The translations under genes and the position numbers were made by a program. 64,000 bases of DNA, from IMG/VR virus record IMGVR_UViG_3300027819_000006. One strand, 5' to 3'. This DNA comes from a virus. Lineage: Duplodnaviria > Caudoviricetes. This document shows positions 1 to 9,021 of this stretch, one piece after another (positions within the stretch are counted from its first letter, which is position 1; every line of letters starts with the position of its first letter). A model generated the notes under the pieces. It was not told the origin of the DNA. It saw only the letters and a list, made by a program, of their open reading frames with translations, and searched no databases.

Positions 1-400
1 CAAATGGGAATGGTTTAACATTTGAAGGATGCTCTAATGACAAAAGCATTTCTCTCTTGAAATAAAGAGCAAAATGCTCAGTGTTCTTTCTATATTTAGA
101 AAAATCTTCACCATCGACAAAAATTGTCTTGTCTGGTCTAAATATGCTCTCTGCTATGCCATCTTTTGCTTCTTGATTTGAACATAAGATTATTAGATCA
201 GCTATATCTTTACCAAATTTTACAGCTACATTGTCATCATATAAAGTATGATCATATTGACCTTCTACTTTTGAATAATTGCTTTGTTCAGTACAGTAAA
301 ATTTTACTTTATTTTGAAGTGAAAGTTCATGCAAGCCCTCTATTAAAGAACTCTGACAAAAATCATAAAATTTTGATTGAATGACTAAAATTTTCAACAT
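1..400 (-). CDS. Hypothetical protein, 3'-partial (runs off window start); possibly glycosyltransferase-related
   Basis: Manual translation from ATG at 400 (MLKILVIQSKFYDFCQSSLIEGLHEL...FVDGEDF...YFKREM) is open to position 1; absent from the ORF track because no stop lies in the window. Confidence 0.45.
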   Translation of the reverse strand, partial: MLKILVIQSKFYDFCQSSLIEGLHELSLQNKVKFYCTEQSNYSKVEGQYDHTLYDDNVAVKFGKDIADLIILCSNQEAKDGIAESIFRPDKTIFVDGEDFSKYRKNTEHFALYFKREMLLSLEHPSNVKPFPF

Positions 401-509
401 TCTTCTAAAATCTCTTCTATTTCAAACACTTCATTAAATTCTACATTTCCAATAGCTGGATAACCAGCATATATCATTATAATTATCAATTACTATATAA
501 ACCAGTAAA

Positions 510-1694
510 TTAATTTTCTTTGACAGAGAGATTATAGACTCCTCTGTGCAGAATGTTTAGAGCAGCATTGAAATCTGCATCTAAACTTAGACAGCAATTC
601 AGACATAAAAATTGTTCATTCTTCCTATTTTTTTTATCTCTGAATCCACATGTAGAACAAGTTTGAGATGTATAGAAAGAAGAAACTTTCTTCAATTCTA
701 TACCCTGTTCTTGACACAGCATTTCAAATTTTGAAATAACACTTGGATAAGACCAATATTGCAACTTACTATTCATTTTTTTGCTATATTTTGATTTATG
801 CTTTACTTGTTGTAAATCTTCCAAGATGACAGTAGAAACATTTTTTAAATCAATGGAGTTGCAAATTTCGTTGATTTTATTGTTTTTGAAAGTAAGATAT
901 TGTTTATAGTTTTTAGAGCCTCTCTTCATATTTGATAGTATAGTATACATTTGTTTCATTTCTTGACCATAGACATCATTATTTGAAGAAACTATAAGTT
1001 TATTGTAACCTATATCAAAAGCAATGGAATCATGTTTTTCTTTCATCTCTACTTCTTTTTCATATGAAAATATAATATAAAAATTGTCATTTATTTTCTT
1101 TAACTGCACAGTTTTCTTTCTATTCCAGTCTTTATATTTTAAAGATTGCTTATGCCACTTTATTGGAAGATTAATTTGAATTGCTTTCTTTTTATCAGAA
1201 TAAAAATGAGGCAATTTCAGTCCTATAAACTCATTAAAATGAATAGAAGAATTTTCATAGCTGAGTAATCTGTCATCAATATTAATAGAAATATTCTTAA
1301 TGTCTATTTTGCAAATTTTTATAGCATCTTTCAATTTCAAATCTTTAAATCTTTTGTTCAGAAATTTCAGCTGTCTATTTCTTTTGATAAAGTATTTGTA
1401 GCACTTCTTATATTTTTTATATCTTTTATCTAGACAGTATTCTATATTAGATCTGACAATCTCAGAAGCTTGTTTATAGACAATTTGTCTCCACTGAGAA
1501 TGATGAATTTTGTTAATAGGAAGAATCTTAGAAGACAAATTCTTATTTAATTCTAATTTTTGAGATAAAATAAGCTCTATATAAAATTTGACGTCTATTT
1601 CATAATCTTCAAATAGTTGTTCTAAATATTTAATTTTATTTAAATTAGAAAATTTTAAAATATGTCTACTACTTCTTATCAAGATCAATCTCAC
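510..1694 (-). CDS. tnpB: TnpB-family RNA-guided endonuclease (IS200/IS605/IS607 type), no TnpA adjacent
   Basis: RuvC-I AFDIG, RuvC-II VILEDL, zinc finger CSTCG...CLNC, RuvC-III DADFNAALNI; 394 aa. Confidence 0.9.
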   Translation of the reverse strand: MRLILIRSSRHILKFSNLNKIKYLEQLFEDYEIDVKFYIELILSQKLELNKNLSSKILPINKIHHSQWRQIVYKQASEIVRSNIEYCLDKRYKKYKKCYKYFIKRNRQLKFLNKRFKDLKLKDAIKICKIDIKNISINIDDRLLSYENSSIHFNEFIGLKLPHFYSDKKKAIQINLPIKWHKQSLKYKDWNRKKTVQLKKINDNFYIIFSYEKEVEMKEKHDSIAFDIGYNKLIVSSNNDVYGQEMKQMYTILSNMKRGSKNYKQYLTFKNNKINEICNSIDLKNVSTVILEDLQQVKHKSKYSKKMNSKLQYWSYPSVISKFEMLCQEQGIELKKVSSFYTSQTCSTCGFRDKKNRKNEQFLCLNCCLSLDADFNAALNILHRGVYNLSVKEN

Positions 1695-1799
1695 AATAAA
1701 AATGCCAAGTATTGAACCTCAAATAGACTATGTCTATAAAGATACTTGGCAAATAGATAACATCTATTTGAGGTTCATATATAAATATATTGTGAGATT
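1687..1799 (-). promoter_or_regulatory. Structured leader upstream of tnpB (interleaved inverted repeats plus start-codon-sequestering arm)
   Basis: Perfect inverted pairs 1703-1712/1742-1751 (10 bp), 1713-1727/1763-1777 (15 bp), 1687-1698/1788-1799 (12 bp, covers the GTG start); AATATATTTAT motif at about 1781-1791. Confidence 0.75.
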
Positions 1800-1988
1800 A
1801 GAAAAAGACAAAAAGGTTAAATTTTTACATTTATTTTACATAATTTTACAGAATATAGTTACTAGTTATAATATTTATGAAAGTTGACGCTTGTTGAATT
1901 GTATCAAACTGAGATGAATTCTTTGTAACAATATTTTCTCCCCAATCTGAATCATAGCTCACTGATACTTTCACGCTGAAACTCCTTG

Positions 1989-2546
1989 TTAAATCAAAAC
2001 TTTTTGTTTAATCTGTTTTCTAGCTATTAACTCTGTTCGCATAATATCTTTATCTGTCCAGAGGTATTTTCTGAAAGTGTTAGATTTCAGAACAAAATCT
2101 GTATTTATCAAACCTTGATCATGATACAATTTAGTCCCATCTTTGCAAAAATATTCAAACCAATCATCCCCCAACTGCGTTTGGTGAGTTGGATCGCGGC
2201 GAAACGCAATATCTCCAAATGGTACTTCTATAGTTAGTAAAGCATCATGTTTCATAACTCTATATATTTCATTCATCAAAAATATGAAAGGAGTTAATTT
2301 TTCTATGTTGCCTTCTGAGTCTTGAACATATACAATTTTAGCTGTGTGTTCTAAACCATCAAATATATTTACTTTATCTATAGAACTGTCTAAATTTGGT
2401 AACGGCTGAAATCCAAGATTTAGCTTGAAAAATAGACAGTTTTCAGGTTTAGATTTAGGCTGAACTATATCTATACCAATAGTTTGATAACCTTCTTCTT
2501 CTCTAAAGTTGCTCCCTACAAAAAGCTCGAGCTTGATTTTATCCAT
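1989..2546 (-). CDS. Class I SAM-dependent methyltransferase (type 11-like)
   Basis: LELFVG...IGIDI, LP..DSSIDKV...LEH, MNEIYRVMK...LTIEVP pattern. Confidence 0.7.
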   Translation of the reverse strand: MDKIKLELFVGSNFREEEGYQTIGIDIVQPKSKPENCLFFKLNLGFQPLPNLDSSIDKVNIFDGLEHTAKIVYVQDSEGNIEKLTPFIFLMNEIYRVMKHDALLTIEVPFGDIAFRRDPTHQTQLGDDWFEYFCKDGTKLYHDQGLINTDFVLKSNTFRKYLWTDKDIMRTELIARKQIKQKVLI

Positions 2547-3046
2547 TAATTTATTCCCAATTTCTGTTCTATTAATTTTCTTGTAATATAGTGTAAATTA
2601 AATTTGTAACAATATTCTATATACCATTGTTGTATAGTATTTTTATTCTTTTTAGCTTTTGCAGCACCTTTCCAATCACATATCATTTCTTCTACATATT
2701 TTTCTGGTATTTCTAATGCTATACACTTATCATACTCTTCATCTTCTTCAATATCAATTTCTAATGGCATAATCCAATATTGCCAATGATGTTTATTTCT
2801 TGCAAAATGTAAAAATACTGCTCTATCAAATTTATCACCAGAATTATGTGTCGAATTATATACTTTCTTGCTTCTATTTCCTGCACTTTTACCATAAAAA
2901 TATTCTGAATATGCTAAAAATTCTGATGGACAAAAAGACGAAATATCATGAATTAATCCCAGCAATGGTCTACCAATTTTGCACATTTCTAAAAAAACAT
3001 ACCATTTATGAATTAATCGATATCTTAAGTGTTTTAAATATTTCAT
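2546..3046 (-). CDS. DUF5662-like putative HD-type protein
   Basis: HK...HD.S.F...H..RNKHHWQYW...EMICDW pattern. Confidence 0.55.
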   Translation of the reverse strand: MKYLKHLRYRLIHKWYVFLEMCKIGRPLLGLIHDISSFCPSEFLAYSEYFYGKSAGNRSKKVYNSTHNSGDKFDRAVFLHFARNKHHWQYWIMPLEIDIEEDEEYDKCIALEIPEKYVEEMICDWKGAAKAKKNKNTIQQWYIEYCYKFNLHYITRKLIEQKLGIN

Positions 3047-3109
3047 TTTTAACTAGTCTCAAATTGATTGGATTGCTTAGCATCCCTTGAATCGCTTAGC
3101 GTCTTTAAT

Positions 3110-4045
3110 TTACACCTTTTTATTTTTCAACATTTTTCTCAATGTTCTTACCAACTGCTTCCTTGCTTGATTCATTCTTTTGGTCTTTAAATCTCTTCTC
3201 TTCCTACGTATTGGCTTTAATCCTTGAGCAATCCTATCTTCATTGATCTTCTTTCTATTTTCTTCTTTGTCAATTTTCTTCTGTTCTCTGTTCTGTATAT
3301 CAATTAAAACAAGCTTATTTCTCTGTTCTGTAATATAGTCTAATAAATGATTTGATAAATAAGCAGATTTGCAAATTCCAGGAGTATTGCCAAGAAATTC
3401 AGAAGTTTTTGTAACGATCAGTTTTATTTCCTTGCTCAAATCTACTTTTTTAAGAGGAAGCTCTTTATCTTTGATAAAATCTTCATATATGCAGAAAGCT
3501 GTGTAGTTTGCTGCTAATGTTCGAAAATCTTTTGTAGTGAATATTTTGCCTATATTCTTCTTTAAATACTTCTTTATGCTTTTATCTGTGATATTTAGCC
3601 ATAAATCTGTTGATGATTCTTCATAAAATTTATGACCATATTCAATTAAAATTTTATCATCAGAAGTTATAAATTGGCTTACAACTTTTTTTCCTACAAA
3701 ATCTAGTATGATATGATTGTCATAAAATAGAATATGTTCCTTTTTCAGAGTAGAAGCTCCAAAAGTTTGAACAAATTCGCCTTCATGTCCTTTAACTACC
3801 GCTGTATAACCTTCAGCTGAGCCCTCATTTCCCACACGAATTCCGGTTTTGCAGAGTAGATATATAGCATATGCTTCTTTTGATCCAGTTTTAATATCTT
3901 CTACAATCTCGGGTTCAATTTTTGTCCAAACTTCAGCAAGCTTGTTTACTCTATTAAATTTAGAAGCTTTCTTATCCTTCTGCTTAATTCTATTGCTTTT
4001 AGAGAAAAATTCTACCTCTCTACCATTGAATATCAGTTTTGACAT
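3110..4045 (-). CDS. DNA topoisomerase IB (bacterial/viral type)
   Basis: TGIRVGNE, DFVGKK, KDFRT, LGNTPGICKSAY catalytic-region motifs. Confidence 0.9.
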   Translation of the reverse strand: MSKLIFNGREVEFFSKSNRIKQKDKKASKFNRVNKLAEVWTKIEPEIVEDIKTGSKEAYAIYLLCKTGIRVGNEGSAEGYTAVVKGHEGEFVQTFGASTLKKEHILFYDNHIILDFVGKKVVSQFITSDDKILIEYGHKFYEESSTDLWLNITDKSIKKYLKKNIGKIFTTKDFRTLAANYTAFCIYEDFIKDKELPLKKVDLSKEIKLIVTKTSEFLGNTPGICKSAYLSNHLLDYITEQRNKLVLIDIQNREQKKIDKEENRKKINEDRIAQGLKPIRRKRRDLKTKRMNQARKQLVRTLRKMLKNKKV

Positions 4046-4098
4046 TTTTCTCTCTATTTAATAATAACACATTGTTTATGATTAAATATAAACAAATA

Positions 4099-5247
4099 TC
4101 ATACAAATGTAAACAACTTTTTTTCATCTTTTAATAAATCTTCTTTAAACAAAATATAGAATATTTTTGATTCTTTATCGTATTTTTCAATAAAAATTTG
4201 CATTTTCTCTTTAGATTCTGGTCTCATCCAGCCTTTAACTTCTTCTATTCTTATCAAATTATTATTTTCATCATAGATAAAGAAATCAGGAGTATAAGTT
4301 GTATTTTCTAATTTATAAGTTATTTCTTCATATTTCCAATTTGCAGATATAGAATCTAGAAATTGAGCTCTTTCCAGCTCATAGGTAGATTTCATCTTTA
4401 TTTCAGCATTGTTTCTATCTGCATAAACAACTCGATGCCACTTAGGAGATACTCCATACATAGGATTTCCAGAACCAGATCTATCTATAGACCATTTTTG
4501 TTTTTGTTCGTCTGAAAAAATATATCCATACATGCTATTTTTGCTACCAGTCATAGGATTAACACGATGATTTTCTTTATGTTTATTAATTAATTTTAAT
4601 AATTTATTTTCTGCAATTTCCTCTCCATATTTAATTACCCAAGCATCAAAAAAAGACATTCCAAACATTGGGTTTTTGTCTCCTTTTAATGATTCAGAAA
4701 TGTTTCTCTTATGAGAATCTGAAAGTTTTTTATCTTGCCAAACACCAGGCCTACCCATTAAAGATTTAGATATTTTTTCTTTTACTCCAGGCTTATGTAC
4801 AGGATTTCTATCTCCAAGTTTACAACAAACTCTGCACATATTTAAATCTGCAGAAACTACATTAGTGCATCCTTCTTCAACACAATAGAAAGTTTTAGAA
4901 GCTTTACATTCATCACAAATAAAAATTTTTCTATGACCTTTAAGCATTTTATCTCCACATACTGTACATCTACAAGTATTTTTCTCAGACATATAAAATT
5001 GATGTTTTGAACATCTACTACCTTCATTTTTTACTTTATTGTTGCAATTTTCTATTAAGCATTTATATTCTATTTTATTTCTGCAATCTCCACAAATACC
5101 AATTTTATTAGTTCCGCCTATAGGATTTATTTTACAAGTTTTGCATATTAATGGAGGTTTTCCACTCTTACATCTTTTACAGATATTACTTTTATAATTA
5201 ACATTAAGTTTTTTAGGGCACGATATACAGTATCTATCTTCTTGCAT
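4099..5247 (-). CDS. Free-standing homing-type endonuclease: Cys-rich repeats + NUMOD3-like repeats + PD-(D/E)xK domain
   Basis: Many CxxC pairs, HKRNISESLKGDKNPMFG repeats, C-terminal YTPDF...EEVKGW. Confidence 0.75.
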   Translation of the reverse strand: MQEDRYCISCPKKLNVNYKSNICKRCKSGKPPLICKTCKINPIGGTNKIGICGDCRNKIEYKCLIENCNNKVKNEGSRCSKHQFYMSEKNTCRCTVCGDKMLKGHRKIFICDECKASKTFYCVEEGCTNVVSADLNMCRVCCKLGDRNPVHKPGVKEKISKSLMGRPGVWQDKKLSDSHKRNISESLKGDKNPMFGMSFFDAWVIKYGEEIAENKLLKLINKHKENHRVNPMTGSKNSMYGYIFSDEQKQKWSIDRSGSGNPMYGVSPKWHRVVYADRNNAEIKMKSTYELERAQFLDSISANWKYEEITYKLENTTYTPDFFIYDENNNLIRIEEVKGWMRPESKEKMQIFIEKYDKESKIFYILFKEDLLKDEKKLFTFV

Positions 5248-5260
5248 TACCTCTCCAAAA

Positions 5261-5370
5261 AAAAATTGTCTATAGTAGCACCCTAATAGACTGAAGTCAG
5301 AAGGCTATAGACAATTTTTCAAATATATTTATGTTTTGTCTATTAGTGTGCTTATAATAAATATATTTGA
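5261..5370 (-). promoter_or_regulatory. Structured leader upstream of endonuclease 4099..5247
   Basis: Inverted pairs 5261-5275/5305-5319 (15/15) and 5277-5291/5338-5352 (14/15); 17-mer ataataaatatatttga at 5354-5370. Confidence 0.75.
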
Positions 5371-5603
5371 TCAAGAAATAAATGCATTTGACCTATCCCT
5401 GTCTCTGCCATTAGCAGATATCCATATCCCTCTTTTGAACCAGCTTCTATATCTTTAATTATCTTTGGTTCAATAGTTCCCCAGTCTCTAGCAATTTTTC
5501 CTACACGTACAAACTTTGCAATTTTCTTGTCTTTTTGCTTTATTCTACCATTTGGATCAGAGAAGAATACTGCTGGCCTATTTTCGTAAGTGAAGTTGAT
5601 CAT
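5352..5603 (-). pseudogene. Truncated 5' paralogue of topoisomerase IB
   Basis: Aligns to the N-terminal ~70 aa of 3110..4045 (FFS, RIKQKDKK, IEP, GSKE, TGI) and diverges exactly where the catalytic Arg (TGI|R) would be. Confidence 0.8.
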
Positions 5604-5620
5604 TTAGTAATTCTCCTCTA

Positions 5621-5655
5621 TTTTGGTATGTTTAAATATAAATTTCATACCAAAA
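5621..5655 (-). promoter_or_regulatory. Hairpin with TATATTTA in the loop, just upstream of the RBS of the truncated topoisomerase copy
   Basis: ttttggtatg (5621-5630) / cataccaaaa (5646-5655); an 8-bp hairpin (4072-4079/4088-4095) overlapping the same motif precedes the intact copy. Confidence 0.5.
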
Positions 5656-5669
5656 GTAAAGGATTATTT

Positions 5670-6359
5670 TCAAAAATTACACTGACATCCTTTTAACATT
5701 AAAATGTCCATATCGCAAATACAGCCCCAAACTCTATTTGTTTTCTCTAATTGAGCTTTTATGGATTCTTTAACATTTGTAACTTCATATCGAGAAAAAA
5801 TTTTATCTGATAATTCTGCATGAGGTATAAATGGAATATAGATACTTAATATATGTCTATTATCTAATCTCTTACAAATAGAATCTATAAACTTAGTTTC
5901 ATCATCTATTTCAAAATCTAACATTCTTGTTTCAGCTGTTATTGCTGTAGCTATTACTCTATCTTTACAAGTTTCTTTGTCATACATAAATAAAACTCTA
6001 GATGGCAAATTCATACTTTCATAACCATATATTATATTTTTATTTGTCATAATTTGAAGATGATAAACTAATTTTATTATATGACTATACAGTTTATTTG
6101 TGTAATCTGAAGTAAAACATCGATTTAATTGATCATAATCAGCCAAGAATCTTTCTTGATTTCTTAATAGAGTTATAGCTGTGCATTTAGAATATTCTGT
6201 CAGTTTTTCATATTCTTCACAATTTAAAACATTTTTCAATTTAATTTTAAGTTCTTCTATAGCATTCTCATTCAAACTATAACATTCTATATCAACTATC
6301 ATATGCTGTATTTTTGAATATATGCATTTCAACCAAGGATGTATTATATCTATATTCAT
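5670..6359 (-). CDS. Hypothetical protein with C-terminal CxC-x9-CxC motif
   Basis: Ends CICDMDILMLKGCQCNF. Confidence 0.6.
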   Translation of the reverse strand: MNIDIIHPWLKCIYSKIQHMIVDIECYSLNENAIEELKIKLKNVLNCEEYEKLTEYSKCTAITLLRNQERFLADYDQLNRCFTSDYTNKLYSHIIKLVYHLQIMTNKNIIYGYESMNLPSRVLFMYDKETCKDRVIATAITAETRMLDFEIDDETKFIDSICKRLDNRHILSIYIPFIPHAELSDKIFSRYEVTNVKESIKAQLEKTNRVWGCICDMDILMLKGCQCNF

Positions 6360-6362
6360 TTT

Positions 6363-7148
6363 CTATTTAACAAATTGTTCTAAAATTTGTCCTTTCGTTA
6401 TGTTATATTGTTTTAGCAATTGCTTTTTATATTCCATATTATGCGTGTGCAGTAAAGAAATTTCAGGTGTCCACTCTAGCCGGGGTAATTCTTTGCGCTG
6501 CATGTCGTGCCAATAATATTCTAATAGATGTCGATTTATTTCTATATTAAACTCTTCATCATTTAGCATTGTGAAATTTATGATTCTGTCTCTAAGTGTA
6601 TATAGAATATATTCTTCTGTATTTTCAAATCCTAAAGATGTTGGTGCGTATTTATCAATTAGCTTTTGCTGTCTTAATCGAAAATCACAAACTTTAAATT
6701 GAAAAGGTAATATTCTGTGCAAAAATTTTCTTCTAAACATCATACAATCTGGTGCTACCAATTCATTGCAATCTATTCCTGCTGAGAATTGCTTACCAGA
6801 ATCTATAAAATTTTGAACAGCTTTTACAAATCCTTGTTCTGTTAAAAAATGCACATCAAAATTATGTATAACTACTGTATCTCTGTAGCCAGCATTAGCA
6901 TAAGACAGCCCTTCGTTTATTTCTGAAAGTGCTCCTGTAGCAGGATTTTTGTCAATCGGCATAGAAATAAATGCATTCTCAAATACTCCTGAGCAAATCT
7001 TTGTAAGATCTCCGTTGTAAACTGTTACATGTTGCAGATCTTTGTTGAAAGAATAGTTGCTAATTATATCAATTCCAGTATAATATTCAAATACTTTGTT
7101 GACAGATCCAATTCTGATCAAAATTATATTTTTAGGATCAAACATCAT
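6363..7148 (-). CDS. Hypothetical protein, possibly GT-A-like glycosyltransferase
   Basis: Weak: GLSYA...VVIHNFDVHF resembles a DxD region; located in the glycosylation cluster. Confidence 0.3.
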   Translation of the reverse strand: MMFDPKNIILIRIGSVNKVFEYYTGIDIISNYSFNKDLQHVTVYNGDLTKICSGVFENAFISMPIDKNPATGALSEINEGLSYANAGYRDTVVIHNFDVHFLTEQGFVKAVQNFIDSGKQFSAGIDCNELVAPDCMMFRRKFLHRILPFQFKVCDFRLRQQKLIDKYAPTSLGFENTEEYILYTLRDRIINFTMLNDEEFNIEINRHLLEYYWHDMQRKELPRLEWTPEISLLHTHNMEYKKQLLKQYNITKGQILEQFVK

Positions 7149-7383
7149 AATCTATAGCAATCATTTCACTTTGTTTAGTATTATATACATATTGCAACTT
7201 TCCAGATTTATATGAAGCAAAAATAACATCCAATCTTCCATACTCTATCAAATGACTTTCAGTAGCTGTATATGGATAGCTTTTTAGATCTGATAATCCA
7301 AGCTTATACTTGAATGTATTGAAATCATTCACTTCTTCATATTTCATTTTTACTGTTGTCATTTTAGCAACCCTTTATTTAAA

Positions 7384-7620
7384 TTATGGAACTATAATAC
7401 TACTTGTCATCTGTCTGTGCATTGCTTCATATATGAGTTCTGGTATCTGCAAAGTTCTACAATGCGAACATACAATTGTAGGAATGGGTCCTAAATTGAA
7501 ACCCATTAGTTTCTCATCATCTTTCTGTTCATAACCACAAGCTACACATATAAAATGATCAGATGCTTCATTTTCTTGTTTTTCTTCCGAGCCAGGGAAT
7601 TGTAATATATTGTCAGCCAT
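7384..7620 (-). CDS. Small zinc-ribbon protein
   Basis: CVAC...CSHC pairs in 78 aa. Confidence 0.45.
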   Translation of the reverse strand: MADNILQFPGSEEKQENEASDHFICVACGYEQKDDEKLMGFNLGPIPTIVCSHCRTLQIPELIYEAMHRQMTSSIIVP

Positions 7621-8191
7621 TTTCCTCCACTATTTTTTCAATGATGCCGTGTATCAAACAAATGCTTGATATCTCATGAACTCCATATCCACTTTCTTTA
7701 AACCATATAATATCGTCAAAACACTTTTTAGATTCTTCATATGTATTTTGAAATCCAAATATTCCAATTGTTTTGCACTTAACAGATTTTGCATATGCAG
7801 AAGCATGTAAAATATTCTTAGACTTACCACTAGAAGATATAGATATTAGTAAATCATTTTCATTTAGATTAAATCTTTTTAGCCATTCAATATAAATATT
7901 TTCAAAAGTGTAATCATTGCCAAAACAAGTTAACATAGACCCAGAAGACATTACATGAGCTTCTATATTACATCTTTTAAATAGATCATTTGCTATATGA
8001 TCGCAGTTGCTCCAAGATCCCCCATTTCCTGCAAGGAATATTCTTTTACTTGATTTTATAGCATTATATAAATTATATACAGAGTTAATATTTGTAGAAC
8101 ATACAAATTTATTTACTTCACACGAGAACTTTGCTACAAAATCATTTACTTCATAAACATCTTTCAGCTGTTCTTCCATACTACTTTGCAA
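7613..8191 (-). CDS. gmhA: Phosphoheptose (sedoheptulose-7-P) isomerase, SIS domain
   Basis: LAGNGGS..CDH, GNDY, SISSSGKSKNI..A, VHE motifs. Confidence 0.85.
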   Translation of the reverse strand: MQSSMEEQLKDVYEVNDFVAKFSCEVNKFVCSTNINSVYNLYNAIKSSKRIFLAGNGGSWSNCDHIANDLFKRCNIEAHVMSSGSMLTCFGNDYTFENIYIEWLKRFNLNENDLLISISSSGKSKNILHASAYAKSVKCKTIGIFGFQNTYEESKKCFDDIIWFKESGYGVHEISSICLIHGIIEKIVEENG

Positions 8192-9021
8192 CTCTTGTAG
8201 TTACCTTCACTTCTTTTCTGTTCAACACTCTGTCTTTAACTTCTGATACTACTTGAGCAAGATGTGCTTCAACATGTTTTACATATTCAGCAACTACTAG
8301 TTCTTCTGCTTTAGCCTTGCTTTCTACATCTTCAAAAACATGTGTAAATGCAGGAACTACATGCAGTGCATCTTCTACTAGCTCTACTACTTTAACTTTT
8401 ACTTTCATTTTGTTTCTCCATAAATTTAGTTGTGATTTCTTGTGTCATAGTTCTATATTCGTAAAAATCTGACTCTGGTCTTTTGATAATTTGCAATAAT
8501 GGTTGCTCTATACTATTAGATATTAAACAGTAGTGCACAAAAGTATATGGATCTATAAAGTGTTTACCAGTTTTAAGATCACTTCTTCCATCGAACTGTT
8601 TAAAATCTTTTACTATAGCTGTAATTACTTTTTTAGGAAATGCTTTTATCATTTAGTTAGTATGTTGTCCTGTTTGATTTCTGCTAATTTTGTTTCTTTA
8701 AACTGTTCTACATTGATATTTTTTTTAAATAGCTCATATTTAAATCGAACCATATCTTCTATGCCTATCATAGCTTCTTTTACAGCATCTACTTTATGCA
8801 ATGCTTCTAAAGTTAATAGAGCTTCAGCATCTAAATTTGCATCTTTTAATAGATTCACACATTTGCTCCTATTTAGTTAGAATATCTTGTTTAATTTCTG
8901 ATATTAGTTTACTTATTTCTTGTAGCTTTAATAAAGTTCTTTCATTTTTTAAACGTAATTTTTCATTTTCTTCATTTAAATTGAAATTATCTTGTTGTAG
9001 CTGCTTTAAATCTTTTTTCAT

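Noticed and set aside
355-380. Apparent frameshift near the start of the first ORF
   Set aside because: Recounting bases shows AAA TTT TAT GAT in frame; no lesion.
510-1694. TnpB as a Cas12f-like CRISPR effector
   Set aside because: No repeat-spacer array or cas genes seen anywhere in the window.
5352-5420. Intron or programmed frameshift joining the topoisomerase stub to the intact copy
   Set aside because: No group I/II core seen, alternative frames do not give R-V-G-N-E, and the downstream copy already has its own full N-terminus.
8649-9010. Similar C-termini (EIKQDNILTK vs EIKQDILTK) in two adjacent small coiled-coil ORFs
   Set aside because: Too short and low-complexity to support a duplication claim.
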